Part shown: positions 12,637-26,962 of the stretch, one piece after another
Position numbering within the stretch: position 1 is the first letter of the stretch
How the letters are laid out: each line of letters begins with the position of its first letter
Source: Camelus dromedarius
Lineage: Eukaryota
Reading direction: 5' to 3'
NCBI RefSeq assembly: GCF_036321535.1
Contig: NC_087436.1
Coordinates: 89,654,001-89,718,000 of the forward strand
Length of the DNA stretch: 64,000 nt
Made by a program: the position numbers and the translations under genes
Notes under the pieces: model-generated
What the model was told of the DNA's origin: nothing
Database searches by the model: none
What the model saw: only the letters and a program-made list of their open reading frames with translations

Positions 12637-13683
12637 GGACCCTCTCCTTTATGATGTCTCAGAATCGTTTGCAACACACAGCTCCAGGCAATCAGCAATC
12701 AGAATACTTTTCAATCTTAACCTAAAACAATATTCCTGCATAAGGGGCAGATTAGAAAATATTTCCATCTTTCAGGGGAAATTTCTGCTAATTTTGCTAA
12801 AGTCAGTATCTAGGCTTCTGAAAATCTTTACTGGCTGTGCCCTGGAACCTCTAGGTCTTCCAGAAGTTTCAACTGGAATGAGAGACAAGAATTAAAGATT
12901 TCAGTAAGGTCCATTTTAATTACTATTCCTCTTCCCATAACTCCCCCAGTCTTTGTCATCAAGTGAGCAACATTGAAGATTCTAACATACCAATATATGT
13001 CAGAACAATCAAAGTAATCATTGAAGCTTTAAGCATCACTTGCATCCAAATTTCAGTAAATTTTTTTAAAGACGTGTAATGCCAACTATGAACCAAATGG
13101 ACTGAATCTTAAAATAGTATGGCCTGGAATGTTTATGCTCTATAGTCGGGCTTGTATTTGAAGTGTGGCTTCCTGTCTTTCCATTCAGAAATTGGCAGGT
13201 ACAGAAAAAAAGCAAGAAATAGAGAAGTGTCTTTTACTTTCTGACTTTTTTTTTTTCATTAAAGGAAAAAATAAGCAGTAAGGACTCAGAACTTACGAAT
13301 CTAGGCAGGAAATAAATATGAAGGGTAATCATGTGAAGAGAGATAATCTGACACAGTTATACCAGGAGAACAGAGAGCTGGATACAGAAATAGGCTGATG
13401 GACAGTCATCGTCAGCCAATTTGAAATATGACTTTTCTTTTGAAAACCAAAGCATTCCATACTTGTGTAATAAAATTATAGCCCTGCTCAACCCAAGCAT
13501 CTTCAAAAGAACCATATTATGTTGAAATCTTCTTATCTGAATACAGGGAGAATTTAGCACATGCACAAAAGCTATAAAGAAGAGGAGTCGTGATGTTGAT
13601 TAGGAAGGTAAGGATTTTTAATGAGTAATTTCACAGCCAAATGTGCTGTGATGGTTTACCCCAGGGTCAAGTACACTATTCTT

Positions 13684-13852
13684 TAAAAAAAAAATTTTTT
13701 TTTATTGATATATGGTCAGTTTACAATGTTGTATCAATTTCTGGTGTACAGCACAATGCTTCAGTCATACATGGATATACACACATTCGTTTTCATATTC
13801 TTTTTCACTGTAAGCTACTACAAGATACTGAATATATTTCCCTGTGCTATAC
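13684..13852 (-). mobile_element. Short L1 3' end with 11-bp TSD
   Basis: GTCAGTTTACAATGTTGTATCAATTTCTGGTGTACAGC; flanked by ACACTATTCTT (13673-13683) and ACACTACTCTT (13853-13863). Confidence 0.85.
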
Positions 13853-15169
13853 ACACTACTCTTGTATATTCCTTATCTGTTCTCCTGACCGACCCAATGA
13901 CCTTGGGAAGGTGTGCCCGGAAGCACTTGTCAAAATTAATCTCAGAGGCACTGGGATGATAAAGCTCTCCCACTGAAATCTCCAGAAATAGACAGGAAGT
14001 AGAGTATGACTTGGTTGTTGAGTTGAGCTTGAGAAGAAAAAAAGGAAGAAAGAAAGAAATGCCCTCAAGCGTGAATAAGTCTTAGTTTAAGAGAGTCCCA
14101 AAAATTTTTCCCGACCTATTGCTAATTTTGTAGTTAAATTACAGATATATTGATGCCAGGGATTTCTGGTTTAGACTCCCTGAATTGAATGGTGATACCC
14201 GTAAAAAGATCATTTACTGACCTATTAACATAGACAATTTAATGAGATTGACATGTATATACACCTTCTCTGATGTATACCGTAGCAATAAATAGAAACA
14301 GCAAATTAAATTTAAGAAGATTGAAAAATCAGGGTGAGGGATGAGATTTAAGACACACAACTGGAATTATCAGCTTTCTGACACTACATCTATTTAACCA
14401 GTTTTAGAGAAGCTAATGCAGATTATAATGTCAAGTTCAAGAAATTCTGATCTCCATGGCAACACTTGGGCATGTTAAAGGCACTCACATGGTTATGAAA
14501 CTTCTTGGTTTCACATTCTGGAGTCAGAGTTTAAACAGTTCTCTATCCTACTGGGAATAGGAAGAGGAGGGGAACATAAAGGCAGTCAGTATCTACTGAC
14601 AATTGCAACCTGTCACTTTCATTTTCTTGAAGGCTAAATAATTAAGACCTTTCCTGGACCAGAGATTCACACAAAAATTTATCTCTTTCACTGGTTCCAA
14701 TAAAATGCTGCCACATTTTCTTAATATAATGGGAGATAACCCTTAGAAAATGTCAAAGAAAATTTTCCTTTCCCTGTTCAGCTAAATTGTGCCATTTTCC
14801 CCATGTACTGTCGATCTCCAAATCGCTAACAGAGTTACTTAATAAGGTTGAGATTATATTGGACAGAGTACATATAAACTACTCTGCTCTAATTTGTAGT
14901 CTATTTTATCTATCTTTCTTACCTTTTTTTTTTCAATTTGCCTCAACCAAGCAGTTTACCAATTAGGGCAGGATCATGAAATATGCATAGGAACAAAGAG
15001 GAGGGCCCCATGATAATTTGCTATCTTAGAATATCTTTAATTCTTCAAGAAAAATTATGCAGAAAAGGATCTATCCTCAATTTATGTCTGAATTATTATA
15101 TCAAAGATTTTTTTTATGGCTAGCACACAAATATGATATTTTCACCATGTCATGAGCCACAGCAATCCC

Positions 15170-15420
15170 AGAGATCTGAAGCAAAGTGAGCAGCAGGTAA
15201 TTCAATGTAGGAGAGTCTTTTCAGCAACTGGTATGGAGAAGTTGAATATCAACACATCAATATGCAAAAATAAACAAAAAAGAACTTCGATACATAGAAC
15301 TATGCAAACATACAAAAATACATTAACTTAAAATGGATCAAAAAATCTAAACTTGAGGTAAAACTATACATGTACTAGAAGAATATATTGGAGATAATTT
15401 TTGTGATCTTGGGTTAGAGA
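15170..15420 (+). mobile_element. Old L1M ORF2 fragment
   Basis: AGTCTTTTCAGCAACTGGT...ATTAACTTAAAATGGATC...CTAGAAGAATATATTGGAGA...GATCTTGGGTTAG parallels 31110-31300. Confidence 0.7.
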
Positions 15421-17283
15421 AACTACAGGGTTTAGGGAAGTTCCAAACTAAGAAATGCTTAGTGTTAACTGTTCTTTGTTAACTTGAAGTAGATACACTC
15501 CACTGTTCACAGGTAATATTCAAAATACATAATAAGAGGTCTAGCATGAGTGCTAGCTGATTAGGTTGGATGTCAATCTTAAATTCTAGGAGAATACAAC
15601 TTTAGCCACCAACTGAGACGTAAATTGGCATTTTTTTAGATATTCATAATTCGGAATTCTAGAACGAGTATTTTATCAAAGTATTCATTAAACTCATATA
15701 ATAAAGTATAAGTTCTTTTAGATAACATTTTATTCTTCCATTCATCCACATGCCAACGTTCTGCATAAAAAGTAGGGGAAAAATGTATGTGAGCAAATAC
15801 AATGAAAGTAGCAAGAAATATTTTAAAATCAGAATTCTGATTCTGTCCCCTGACCTTTCCACTTTTACCCCTTTGCTACAATCCTTCCATTTTTGAATCC
15901 TGTTCTATCTCCTGGACCTACAAGGGGAATCAGTTTGTACTGTATAGTGAAATTCTAATTCTGATAGTCTTAGGGCAGCTGGACTTCATTTTGAAATTGG
16001 CTATTGCAACACTGGCTATATGTTCTGGACCACATTTTTAAGTGAGCACTTCTGCCCAGCCTTCTCCCTAATATGTTTGATGGTACGCTCTACATACCCC
16101 TCTTCTCTTCATCTGAGGCTGCTCATCCTTTAGCTGGGGATTGGTGTCATGTAGATTATTTGAAATGACTAATAGTGTGTTTCTTTTCTAGGAAATCCCA
16201 GTGCTGCAGGTTAGAAGGCAGATGCCAAATTTTCTCTTTTGCTTCTACCATTTCTTGTTCTCATCTTCATTTATCTTCTTCATAGCCTGTGAGCCTAATG
16301 GGCAGTATCAAAGTTAGCATCAGAGTCCTCCTGGAGAAGTTAATGGACTTGGTGGCAGAGTAACTTTAATTTTGCACATTCAATGCAGGCAATTTTTTCT
16401 TTTTTTTTTTAATTTAATGAGATCTTAAAAATGACAGTGCGTGGATATAAGGGAAAGAGCTGCTGCCTTTTCTCTTCCTCTTGCGAAGAAATAGGTGGAT
16501 GATAAAGAGTTGAAAATGAAGCAAATAGAACTCTTTGTATTTTCAATTTTTGATATATCAAAAATTATTCAAAGGAAGGAGAAAGATTGTTGAGTCAGTG
16601 AATCCTATTCTATGCATTGATCTCATTTTTGCTTAGCAGTTTCAAATCTGTGAGTTGAATCTTCAGTATCCAAATAATTAAACAACAAAAATTTCTGGTA
16701 TGTATCTGTGTATGTTCTGAATATTGTATTTCAAATGAACTCTTACTGGGAAGGTGTTAGTTTGAAAGGTGTTAAATGTGACTTTTGGGAAAAGCATCAG
16801 TACTTTCAACACTTTTTTCCCAAAAATGACTAGTTACTGTAATGAGTCAATGGCAAATCTTTCAGTTAAGCATCCAGATTATTATTATTATTTATTATTA
16901 TTATTAATTTTACAAAGCTGTCTCCAATTTACTAGAAAGCAAAATCACCTGAGAAAGTATTAGATGTCTGACAGTGGAAAAGCCCTGATATCAGGGACTC
17001 TCTTAAAGGGAACCTTTAATATCAGCCCTTAGGACATGTGTCCAATTTAATAAACCCCAAGCAAGGGCCAATAATGTGCAAGGCCCTTTTAGGCACAGGG
17101 AGGGAAGGAACACAATGATTCTTGCCTTCCATTAATTTATAATTAGTTAGTATGCCAACCATGTTAAACTCGGCATAAATCACTTTCCTAGAAATGTGAC
17201 AAGTGTGTGAATTTTTATGGTCACAGATTGGCAACCATAGAGATGTAGATTAGATAAACTACCAGCCTTTTGTATTTTAGTTA

Positions 17284-17414
17284 ATAGGATCATATAGTCC
17301 TTCATTCAAACTGGTACACTTTTGAAAGCGAAAGAAGAGGGTGACGATAATTATTTGAAGACAATAGTGAAAATCTGGATTATCCCTGGGTAAACCAGGG
17401 CATATAATCAACTA
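17284..17414 (+). mobile_element. MER94-like hAT-Blackjack element
   Basis: TAGGATCATATAG...CAAACTGGTACACTTTTGAAAGCGAAAG...CCCTGGGTAAACCAGGGCATATAATCAACTA. Confidence 0.5.
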
Positions 17415-17799
17415 ATATTGGTAAATATGCTTTATGTAGCAAAGAATTGGTCCCAAGGATTTTATCATATGGTAGAGGTCAATTATTGCCACATTCGGTA
17501 TGGGATGTCCAGACTCCTTTCTAGTACCATCATGATTTTTTTCCTTGATCTGAATGTACTGCAGACTGAACTCTCCAATGACTAGAGAAAGCAGTTACTA
17601 GATCATATCTGGTGTCCAACTCCTTTCTTCCTCCACAACCATATTATAAATTGTTTCATGAGGCTGACTTTTCTGAAATATTCAAATGAAAATTGTGAGA
17701 AGGTTGAAACATTAAATTCAGTTCATTCATTCAGTATGTTGAAAGCACTACCTCCTAGACATTGCAGGGACCACAAGGACATTAAAATACCATTTCTAC

Positions 17800-18141
17800 T
17801 ACTATAGACTGAATGTCTGTGTCCCCTCAACATTTATATGTTAAAATCCTAATCCTCAAAGATGATGATATTGTAAAGTGGAGTTTGGAGGAGGTAATTA
17901 GGTCATTGAGGGTGGAGCCCTCATGGCTGGGATTGGTACCCTTATAAGAGAGACCTCAGAGAGCTTCCTCACCCCTTCCACCACGTGAGGACACAGGGAA
18001 AAAGAGCTAGCTATGAAAAAGGAGAAGGGCCTTCACCAGAATGTGTACTTCCCAGCCTCCAGAACTGTGAGAAATAATCCATTATCTGTAAGCCACCCAG
18101 TTTATGGTATTTTGTTATAGCAGCCTGAATAGACCAAGACA
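17800..18141 (+). mobile_element. MLT1A0-like solo LTR inserted in an L2 remnant
   Basis: TACTATAGACTGAATG...CCAGCCTCCAGAACTGTGAGAAATAA...GTTATAGCAGCCTGAATAGACCAAGACA; TSD TCTAC/CCTAC. Confidence 0.88.
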
Positions 18142-21100
18142 CCTACCATGAAAAAGATGAGGATTTAACAGACAGGATTAAATAAACAAGTAGATAATAG
18201 CAAAAACAGGTAGAACAAGACACGTGCAATAAACAAAACAGAAGACATCCTGAAGAAATCATCATCATATCCATGCTGGGGAATCAGGAAAAGTTTTTCA
18301 TTAACAGGAAGACATTTTAGACAAATCTTGGATCTGTTTCAATTGAGTGGAGGAAGAGAGGAGGGATAGCATGTCAGGGGAATGAATTGAGATATACTTA
18401 ACATAAAAAAATAAAAATTAAGATTGGGCAAATATATTGTCATTAAATGGAGTGACTGGTCTGGTGGTCAGATTTCCTTACTTAGGAAAAGATTTGTATC
18501 ATCTGCATTAAAATAGCAATTCAAGCTGTAAAATAGGCTGGATTAATCTACATGAAGAATATACTGAAAAGAGAAAAATTCACTTTAGCACAGGTCAATT
18601 TTTATGGTGTAGAATATACATACAACAACAATAAAAAAGCTACCAGGCAATTGGGAAAATAAAACAAAATAGCGCTAAAGGTAGAGATCGTTTCAAAAAC
18701 GTGGTTAGGGAAGATTCAGTTACTTAGAGGAATCCGGGAGAATGGGACTGAAAACACATATTATATTTTTATTAACTAGATGATGTGAGAGCAATTTTTA
18801 GCACAGTAGTGAAGACTGATAGTAGACCTGAAGGGTTTAGAATTGCACTGGTAACAGAGTCAAGGTAGCCTGTATAAATTACTTTTCCCAAAACGTTGTC
18901 ATTAAAAAGAGGAAATGGTGATCTGCATCATACCAGCAAGAGTTACCAACAGTTACCAACAGTTAACTGTGGCCCTTAGGACAGTCACATGGTCCTTGCC
19001 TTGCACTAAATATATAATAACATCTTCAACAGATGGGTAAGAGGATAATTCCCCGTATCTCGCGTTTTCATAAATCTTCCCAAGGGCCAAATGCTGACAT
19101 AGAAATAAATGACTGTGGCATGATTTAAAGAGAGAGAAAAGGCTAAATGTGACCCAGTACATGGATTAGAACGTAATCATATATCATCATCTGTGGGGGA
19201 AAAAAAAGCACAAAAATAACCACACTACTAAGTCAATTCAGTAGAAAAATAGGAAAAGGTGGGTTTAAATTTAGTCATAAAGGATTAGAATTTATTTTAA
19301 GAAGTCTTTTCTGTCAATGACAGGGTTTTTAAGAATTTGGAACCTCTGAATATGTTTATTTGGTTTGCTATTTTTATTTTTTTCTTTGTTCCTACTTAAG
19401 TTTTTACTGGAAATACAACAAAATAAAATCAAACTGTTTTGAGCCACTACTATTTTATTTAAATTTTAAGAAACTTTGTATCTTGCCACATGTGTAATAC
19501 AAGTGTAATTATTTTGCCAATGGTTCATGTAACTAAATTGGTTTAAAATAGAAATATTGATTTCTATGGAATACTTCCCAATTATGTCATGATCTGAGGA
19601 CTCCAATTACAAAACTCTTAATTCATATGTAAATACATCTAGAGATTGGTCTTTCTTTCAAACTATTACTTCTGGTAAACATTTTCTTATTTTCATATTG
19701 GCATAAATACAACAAAATAATTCCTTTTTGACATGAAACTTCTTGTGTGAATATTAAAAATTTCTTAAGTAGTGAAGAGTAAATAGGTTATTTCCTTTCA
19801 AAATTAAAATAATAAACCAAACCTAAATGATTCATTTATCTTAAAAATTAAGATGAATGACAGTACCAGTTTTGCTGACAGATGTTACCAATTTGGCTGA
19901 TAAATGAATCTTTTCTATCAGGTATAGGGAGAGAAGAGAAATTTTGAATTGGTATTGCAGCATCGAAGTACAGAGTAAGTGACAAGCAGAAATTCAGAGA
20001 GAAAATAGCCTAAGTTTTGGTAATTTAGGAGAAATCTTGTGATAACATTTTAAATTCAGATGGGTAAGGACTAAAGCGAGCCACAAACCAGGCTGTTGTC
20101 CATGAACTGTCTGTAGGGAAAAGCACAACTTCCTGCTCTGTTAAGAAAAGAAATAAGAAAAAGAAACGAGAAAATACCTAAATATGCTCTGAAATCAAAT
20201 CTAAGGATACTGCTATACTGGGAAATTGTTCTGCCAAATATTTCTATCTATTCTGCCAAATAAGAGAAATTAAATAATTTAGTTCAGAGAAGCAAAGGAT
20301 TAAAAGCATACCAATTATTCTTCCTACTTTATCATCAAAGTAAAGAGTTTTCTCCTCCTCTTTCTGGATTTTGTTTTAGATAATTGCTCCTAATGCTGAA
20401 CTGCATATTACATATTTTGATATGTCATCAATAATTTGAATAAAGAAAATCATAAACTAGATTTTCAATACAATCTAAGTGCACTCAAGGGACCTGTAGT
20501 TTGCAACAATACATCAGATTTTTTTGGTTGACAAAGGAATGTATATATGCATTTGATTAATCAGCAAATTCTTGTTACCTAATCAAGATATGTAGACTCA
20601 TCTACATGTTTTTAATTTTGTTCCTAGTCTAGTTGGCCCATAGGATATAGAGCTATGACTTAGTTGCTTATATATTTGAAATTGTGACCCAATGACATAT
20701 GATGACCTCTACAAATTAAAATCATGTTCATTTACAGCGAGGTAGGGATTGATGTAAGTTAGTTTTGGACAATTCTTGAAATTACAAAGTGAATAAAAGA
20801 ATAAATAAGGTCTTAGTTATTTAATAGAAATCTATATTATTTTCAAAGAATAGAAAAAAGAATTTGCAATAATATAACACGATTCTGTTTTGTCAAACAT
20901 TGGGAAAAAACTATTGTGTTTCAGTTTCCATGTTACTGATGAAGAAAGCTAGCAGTGTCAGAATTTAAAAGGATGGAAAATTTGAATTTTTATGGTATAC
21001 TATGGGTGGCTTCCAATTATTTTTCAATAAGGTTTTGTATAAATTTTATAGACTGTCTTAGGCCTTTCAGCAGATGCATTCCTTTCCAAATATTGCAAAG

Positions 21101-23589
21101 ACATTTTCATTTTGCATTGTCTAAGATAATTTAACTTTTTGTCTCCTGAAATTTGAATTGATGAGGATCCAGAATGGGTTTATTATGTAGAAATAACTTT
21201 AGAATAATGAATTTTGCCCCACTCTTTATCCAATAGGCTGGATTAATTAAAAGCCTTTTGTTGGTGTTACTAAGAGGTTTTAAAAATATAAGCAGTTCAT
21301 ATACAGTCAAATAACACCCTCTTTGGAAGGACTTCAGTTATTAGACTGCACAGAAGTGGCTAGTAGCAGTGATGAGAGAGGATGTGAACCTATGCAGTTT
21401 CCTAAGACAAAAAAGACTTATCTAAAAAGGGTCTGTTTGTTGAGGAAAGAGACCACTGTGTTTTCTCTCAGTCAAACCTCTCTAGAGTTTGTTATAGAAA
21501 TATTTTTCTATATCTAAATTGTCCTAACCCGCTGATGTTTCTCTTTTCCATCAACCTTGACATGATAATAGGTGACCTTGGCAAGTTCCATTAATTACAC
21601 TAAAGAAACAGTGTTTGGCTATAGTGATCCACAGTAATATTCAATTAAGAAAAGAAGAATGAATTTGATTCCTTGAGGAATTTTATTGATAGGTTATGGA
21701 AAACCATTGTGTAATTCACTTATGCACATATACAAATGATAGTCACTGTAACAATTAACCACATTTTAGATCATTTAGAGAATAAGTGTGTTATTGGTTC
21801 ATGCAATTGGAAAACCAAGGTAAGAATTCTGCAGAATGGTACTGCCATCTACCTTGTCCTCTTCAGGGAGGAAATGAACATACTCACTGGTCCTTTAAAC
21901 GATCCTTGATAAAACCCAAGGGTGGAGAAGACATTAAGACTTTAATTAAAGGTTTTATGTAAAAGAGCTGACCTTGATTAAAAGTTTATGCAAAAGAATT
22001 GTCCTAGTCACTTAAAGTCTTAAGGACAAAGAGTGATTCTTACTTGGACTTGACCAGAAAGTGATTTCTCTAAGAATGATTTCACACACAAAAATGTCTA
22101 AGGCAAAAGTTTTCTCTAACTCCCAAATACTGGTGTACAGACATTATATATAATATAGGTATTAAAGAGGAGATCAATGGCTATTAACTGATTTAGTTTC
22201 TTTTCTTTCTTTCTTTTTTTTTTTTTTTGGAGGGAGGAGGGACTGTTTAGTTTCTTTTGCCATTTCTTTCTCCCATGAACTTTCTTAGGGACACCCTGAC
22301 TTTGTATTCCTGGATAAGACTAATAATTAAATGCAGGCATCTTGGTATAATGTTTCATTTTGCACTTTCATGTGTATTGTTTTGTTTATCTTTGGTCAAA
22401 CAAAATCTCAGCTTGGCTGGATTCCTCACATCAAATCTTCAAATGCAAAAAGCAGCAGGATTCTTACATGTTTTATTCTTTTCAGAAATGTTCCTATCAC
22501 ATCACCTTCTTTGCTAATTTTCAGACATTCTATGGAATTATTTTACCTGGATAATGATTTATACAGTTTATAGAAAAGAGAAAAGTGTGTTTGCTTTGTT
22601 CAGAGGGAAGCAAAACTCTGGGCAGTTTGCCGTGACATCACGCTTATTCACATTTCTGAATTTAGGAAGAATTATACAGATTATCCTTGTGGATTTCATT
22701 CCTTTTGCTTAGAAGCACTCTGCATTGTTGACCCAACAGATCTAAGAGCTAATCTGTTGTAGGAACCTAGCTTTCTGGGATTTATTCCCACACTGGTATC
22801 TCAATTGGTACTTGGTACTACAATTTCCAGTATTTAAACAAGGATGGTGGTAAAAATAGACAAGTAATGTCTTGTGAAGCCAAGTATATTGAAGGACATG
22901 GCAAAAATTGGAAAGTTTATACTTATATTACATTCACACAAGGCAAAATCTACCCAGCTTCTGAATAACCCAGGAATAAATCATTCCCAGTAATGGGAAC
23001 AAAAGATTTTCTCTTAACTTTAGCAAAGCTAAGTTAAATTCACGTATACTAGGAGCCCAAAATTTGGGTAAGAACATCTGCACATGTATTAGGTTTCCAA
23101 CTTACTGCAAGAAAATATCACAAACCAGTGCGAAATAAATCAATTCTTCAAGAAAAAAGGTGAAAAATTACTCTGAAGGAAAAAGAATTTGATCTTTGAC
23201 TTATATCAGAAACTAATATGATATATAGAATGACTAACTTGTTAGTATATAGTATGAAGTTGGTTTAAAATCTAAAAGAAAAGTAAGTGTAAATATGACT
23301 GAGTTTTGTTTAGGTTTAAAGCATTCCATGAAGGTATTATAAATTTAAAATTAATTTCCTGTTTGATTTCTTTTTAAACAATTGATACTCTGTGTTAGAT
23401 AAGGCAAAATTAAACCAATGTAGTTTTTAGTTGGTTCAAATACACAGGTAACATTGGAAAAAGTAACCGTGCTTCTTTTTTATATTTGCCTCAAGTCACA
23501 ACTAATATGGATACTTTTTGTGTCTTTTATAATTTCATTTAACAAAAATATTCCATTCTATCTTTTGTTTTTCCTCTTATCTTCTTATT

Positions 23590-23870
23590 GCTAAATTAGA
23601 TATAATACTCTTTAGCTCACTATATTTATAGAGAATGAAAAATGTATATTATACATAATATTATGTATTATGTAACCATATAATCAAATGTATGTATATT
23701 TGACTTTTTCTTTAATATTATTTCCTCCTGATTTAGGCATATTGTTGCAGGTAGAAGGTCATTCATTCTCATTGCTAGATAATACAGCATTCATTGACAA
23801 ATATCTCACAATGTATGCATCTATTTGATTGCCAACAGGTACCTGGGTTCTCTCCTATTCTGAGGCATAA
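23590..23870 (-). mobile_element. Degraded L1ME-type 3' fragment
   Basis: CATTCATTCTCATTGCTAGATAATACAGCATTCAT...CACAATGTATGCATCTATT resembles old antisense L1 3' sequence. Confidence 0.5.
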
Positions 23871-24339
23871 AGAGTCAGAGCCTTACGCATATCCAGGGGT
23901 AAAATTTGTGAGATTTTATTGGCCAGGCACACTTGTCCATGTGTCTGCTAGTAGATTACCTAATATTTTCTTTCTACCTACTTGAGGCCTGATGCTGTGT
24001 CTTGCCTTAGGTACTTTCTTCAGAATGGAATAAATAGCTTGACATTGCAGAAGCATTAGAATAGATTGGTGACAAAGGAATGGTGACACTCCTGTTGTGT
24101 TCTTTAATGATTTCCACCCTTGGAAACTGGCAGATGAGAAGCATCTCTCTATAGATAAAGCTATCCACTAGGGGAAATTATTCCCTTTAGAAAATGTAAC
24201 CCAATTTAGTGATATTCATCTATATATCTACAGGTATTTGCTGAGCATTTACTGTGTTCCTAACTCTGTATCATTCATAGCAAGAATAGAAATATAGGGC
24301 ATTGTATTCAACTATCTACAGCAAAAAAAAAAAAAAAAA

Positions 24340-26962
24340 AGATCAGTTTGTTAAAAAATTTCCATTCTGTTGTAAATCTGGACTTCTATAAAATCCAATA
24401 AAATGAACTATAGCAAAATGAAATTTAAAAACAGGCAAAAATCCAGCCAAGTTTTTATTAGACTCAACAGAAAAAAATATACTTAATAATTACAATCGGA
24501 ACAAACATTACAGAGAAAAAAGATAAAAAATTTAAAATATGCATATTTTTCACTGAATGATGCATCATCGTGATTCATATGGAGAACCATTAAACTTGAA
24601 CTTTGTCATAACAGAAACCAAAAAGTTATGAGTACAATTGGGATTCTCCATGTTGAATATTTACTTCAGACTTTTAAGAGATATCTTACACATCAAAATA
24701 CAGTCTTTACTGTAATGAACAAATTTCATCCTTGCTTGCTAATTTATCTTATATAGGTTCTCTTGACAACAATACTATTCATAGGGAGTAACATATCTAA
24801 ACTTTTTCAGTTTTTTATAAACTCAGTGTAGAGAAATCAGTTTCACAACAATATGTTGATAGTCATGAAACTGATTTTAAAGCAATTTCAGCAAGCTCAA
24901 GTTATTCATTTTTAAGTTTTATCCAGGATGCTGTATTTTTAAAATTCATCTTGAATGCTTGATCAGCAGCCAGTGCTAACAGTTTATCCTTCAAGTTATT
25001 GCTAAACTTAATTTAACTTATGATAGCAGAAATTGATTTTGGATCTCATTAATATCTGATAAATGAATATTCTTTTGATGGGAAATTAATTTAAATCATT
25101 CTATCAAATTTATAAGGTGCTTGTTGATAACTTCTCACAGATAAAAAATTACCAAGATCACTATCTACCTACTTAATAATTGTTATTAAATTCTGGACCA
25201 CAGCATCACAGTCTGCAGAAGCTTCCTTTTTTCAAGCTTCTCACCTTTGATTTTGCCTTTAAGATTTATTTGTCTTGAAAAATATGTTGCATTTCTCCTT
25301 TGCATGGATGTATTAAGATCATTAAAAATACCAGACTACCAGATAAAAGTAGTAAGTCTCGATGCTCGATTCACAATTTAAAAATGTTGACACCAACTGT
25401 AGTATTGTTTGTATTGCATACTGTTTTATTCTGGAATCCAAATATTTTCGACAGAGCTTTTCTCCTTGATAGCCATTATACTTCAACAATATACCATACT
25501 TTGTGATCAACTTTCATATTATTCCCTAATAAAGAAAATAATCTCAAATTTGAAATTTCAGTTTTTACTGATTCATAATTTTTACTACATCACCAAACAT
25601 ATTATTTAGTGCACCTCACATTTTTTTTCTTTAATATTAGAACCTTCCAAGAAGTAAGAAGTGTGGGGATTAATATCCTGGAACCAGTAAAACTGGCTAC
25701 TTACTCCAGAATTATTTCTTGCCTTTACAACTATAGCACAAGAGCATACTCCTATACAGAACTTGAACTCCAGACTGAATGTTTTTATGCACTGCATGTA
25801 TGGTTGTGTTTTTTAACAACGAAGCTAAAATGTGTTCAAGTGCAAAATGCACATGTACTGAAAAAGATCGCCATGCTAAGGATATCTCTAGATTTGATGA
25901 ATTGCAGTGAAAAGTACTTTACTAGCTTTATTTATTCTCTGAGTTGGCATTCCATGTTGTTAGTTTGTTTCTGAATTTGGTGTATGGTGTCATTGAAAAG
26001 TGGTATTTGAACTATCTTCTTTGCTGAAGCTCCACCCACTATTTTTCAAGCTGATGCCATGCCTGTGACGTGGTCTTACACTAAAAATTCAGAAGCTAAG
26101 TATACACATACTTTTAATGTTAGCAGCTCATAGAGCTACTTACAATAAGCTCGCAAAACACTAATGGTTATTTATGAAATATTAAACATTTATTTCCATC
26201 AGAGTTTTAACCTGATACTTTCTTTTCTATAGAATAAATTTTTGGTTTTTAACATTTCCTTATGTTTTGAGTTTAAAAGCTTTTAAAATTTCATTGGTTT
26301 CATTGCCCCATTAGCCAGCACATTAGCTAGAACATACTGTAGTTTTAACATTTCATCATCAAGTATAGCTATTAAACAAAATTAAATATAATAAAAACAT
26401 TTTTGTCTTCATTCCTTCTTTGTAGTTTATGACTATTGCTATATTTTGAAAAAGGTGTATCTTTTCTTGACAAATATGTCTGATGAAGCTCACTTGCATC
26501 ACCATACTTAAATTAAGGTTAAAAATAAATAATAGAAATTTTACTTCCCTAATTTAGCTAATAATGTTAAACTGTAAATTTAAACCCAGGCTTGATTTAA
26601 ACACGAAAATGATTCTAAAAATGTTACAAATATAAATACATGTTTAGATAGTCTCATATACTTAAACAATACTGGTTTACAGTTATCAAGCTAAGTAAAT
26701 GCACACTTAATGTGGTCTTGCTGCTCAGGACCAGCATGCAGGTCCCTGCTCTATCGATGTTACTCACAGTGCCAGTTTGGAGGCACTAAAACTGTTCAAA
26801 AGACTAGTGCATTGATCATGTGCTTGAATGTCAATGTCATGGCAATGTCAATTTACTATAAAAGTGTCTAAATACTTTCTGTTCCTGGACTTACATTGTT
26901 GCAGCCTGTAGAAAATGATTCATGGACCTGTGCTGGAGCGGACCACATTTTGAGTAGCACTG
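24340..26962 (-). mobile_element. Near full-length hAT-Charlie (Charlie10/Buster4-like) DNA transposon fossil with pseudogenised transposase
   Basis: TIR GACCACATTTTGAGTAGCACTG at 26941-26962. Manual minus-strand translation gives KYFSLQ, LEFKFCIGVCS, DHKVWYIVEV*WLSRRK, IFNDLNTSMQ, ELAEIALK and STYCCETDFSTLS in hAT order, with many stops and frameshifts. Confidence 0.9.

Noticed and set aside
13357..13566. Minus-strand 69-aa ORF with an acceptor-like CTCCCTGTATTCAG
   Set aside because: Weak donor (GTATAA), unrecognised peptide and no partner exons.
24700..26500. Functional domesticated transposase gene (ZBED/SCAND3 paralogue)
   Set aside because: Many stops and frameshifts, catalytic motifs lost, and a TIR is retained; it is a transposon fossil.
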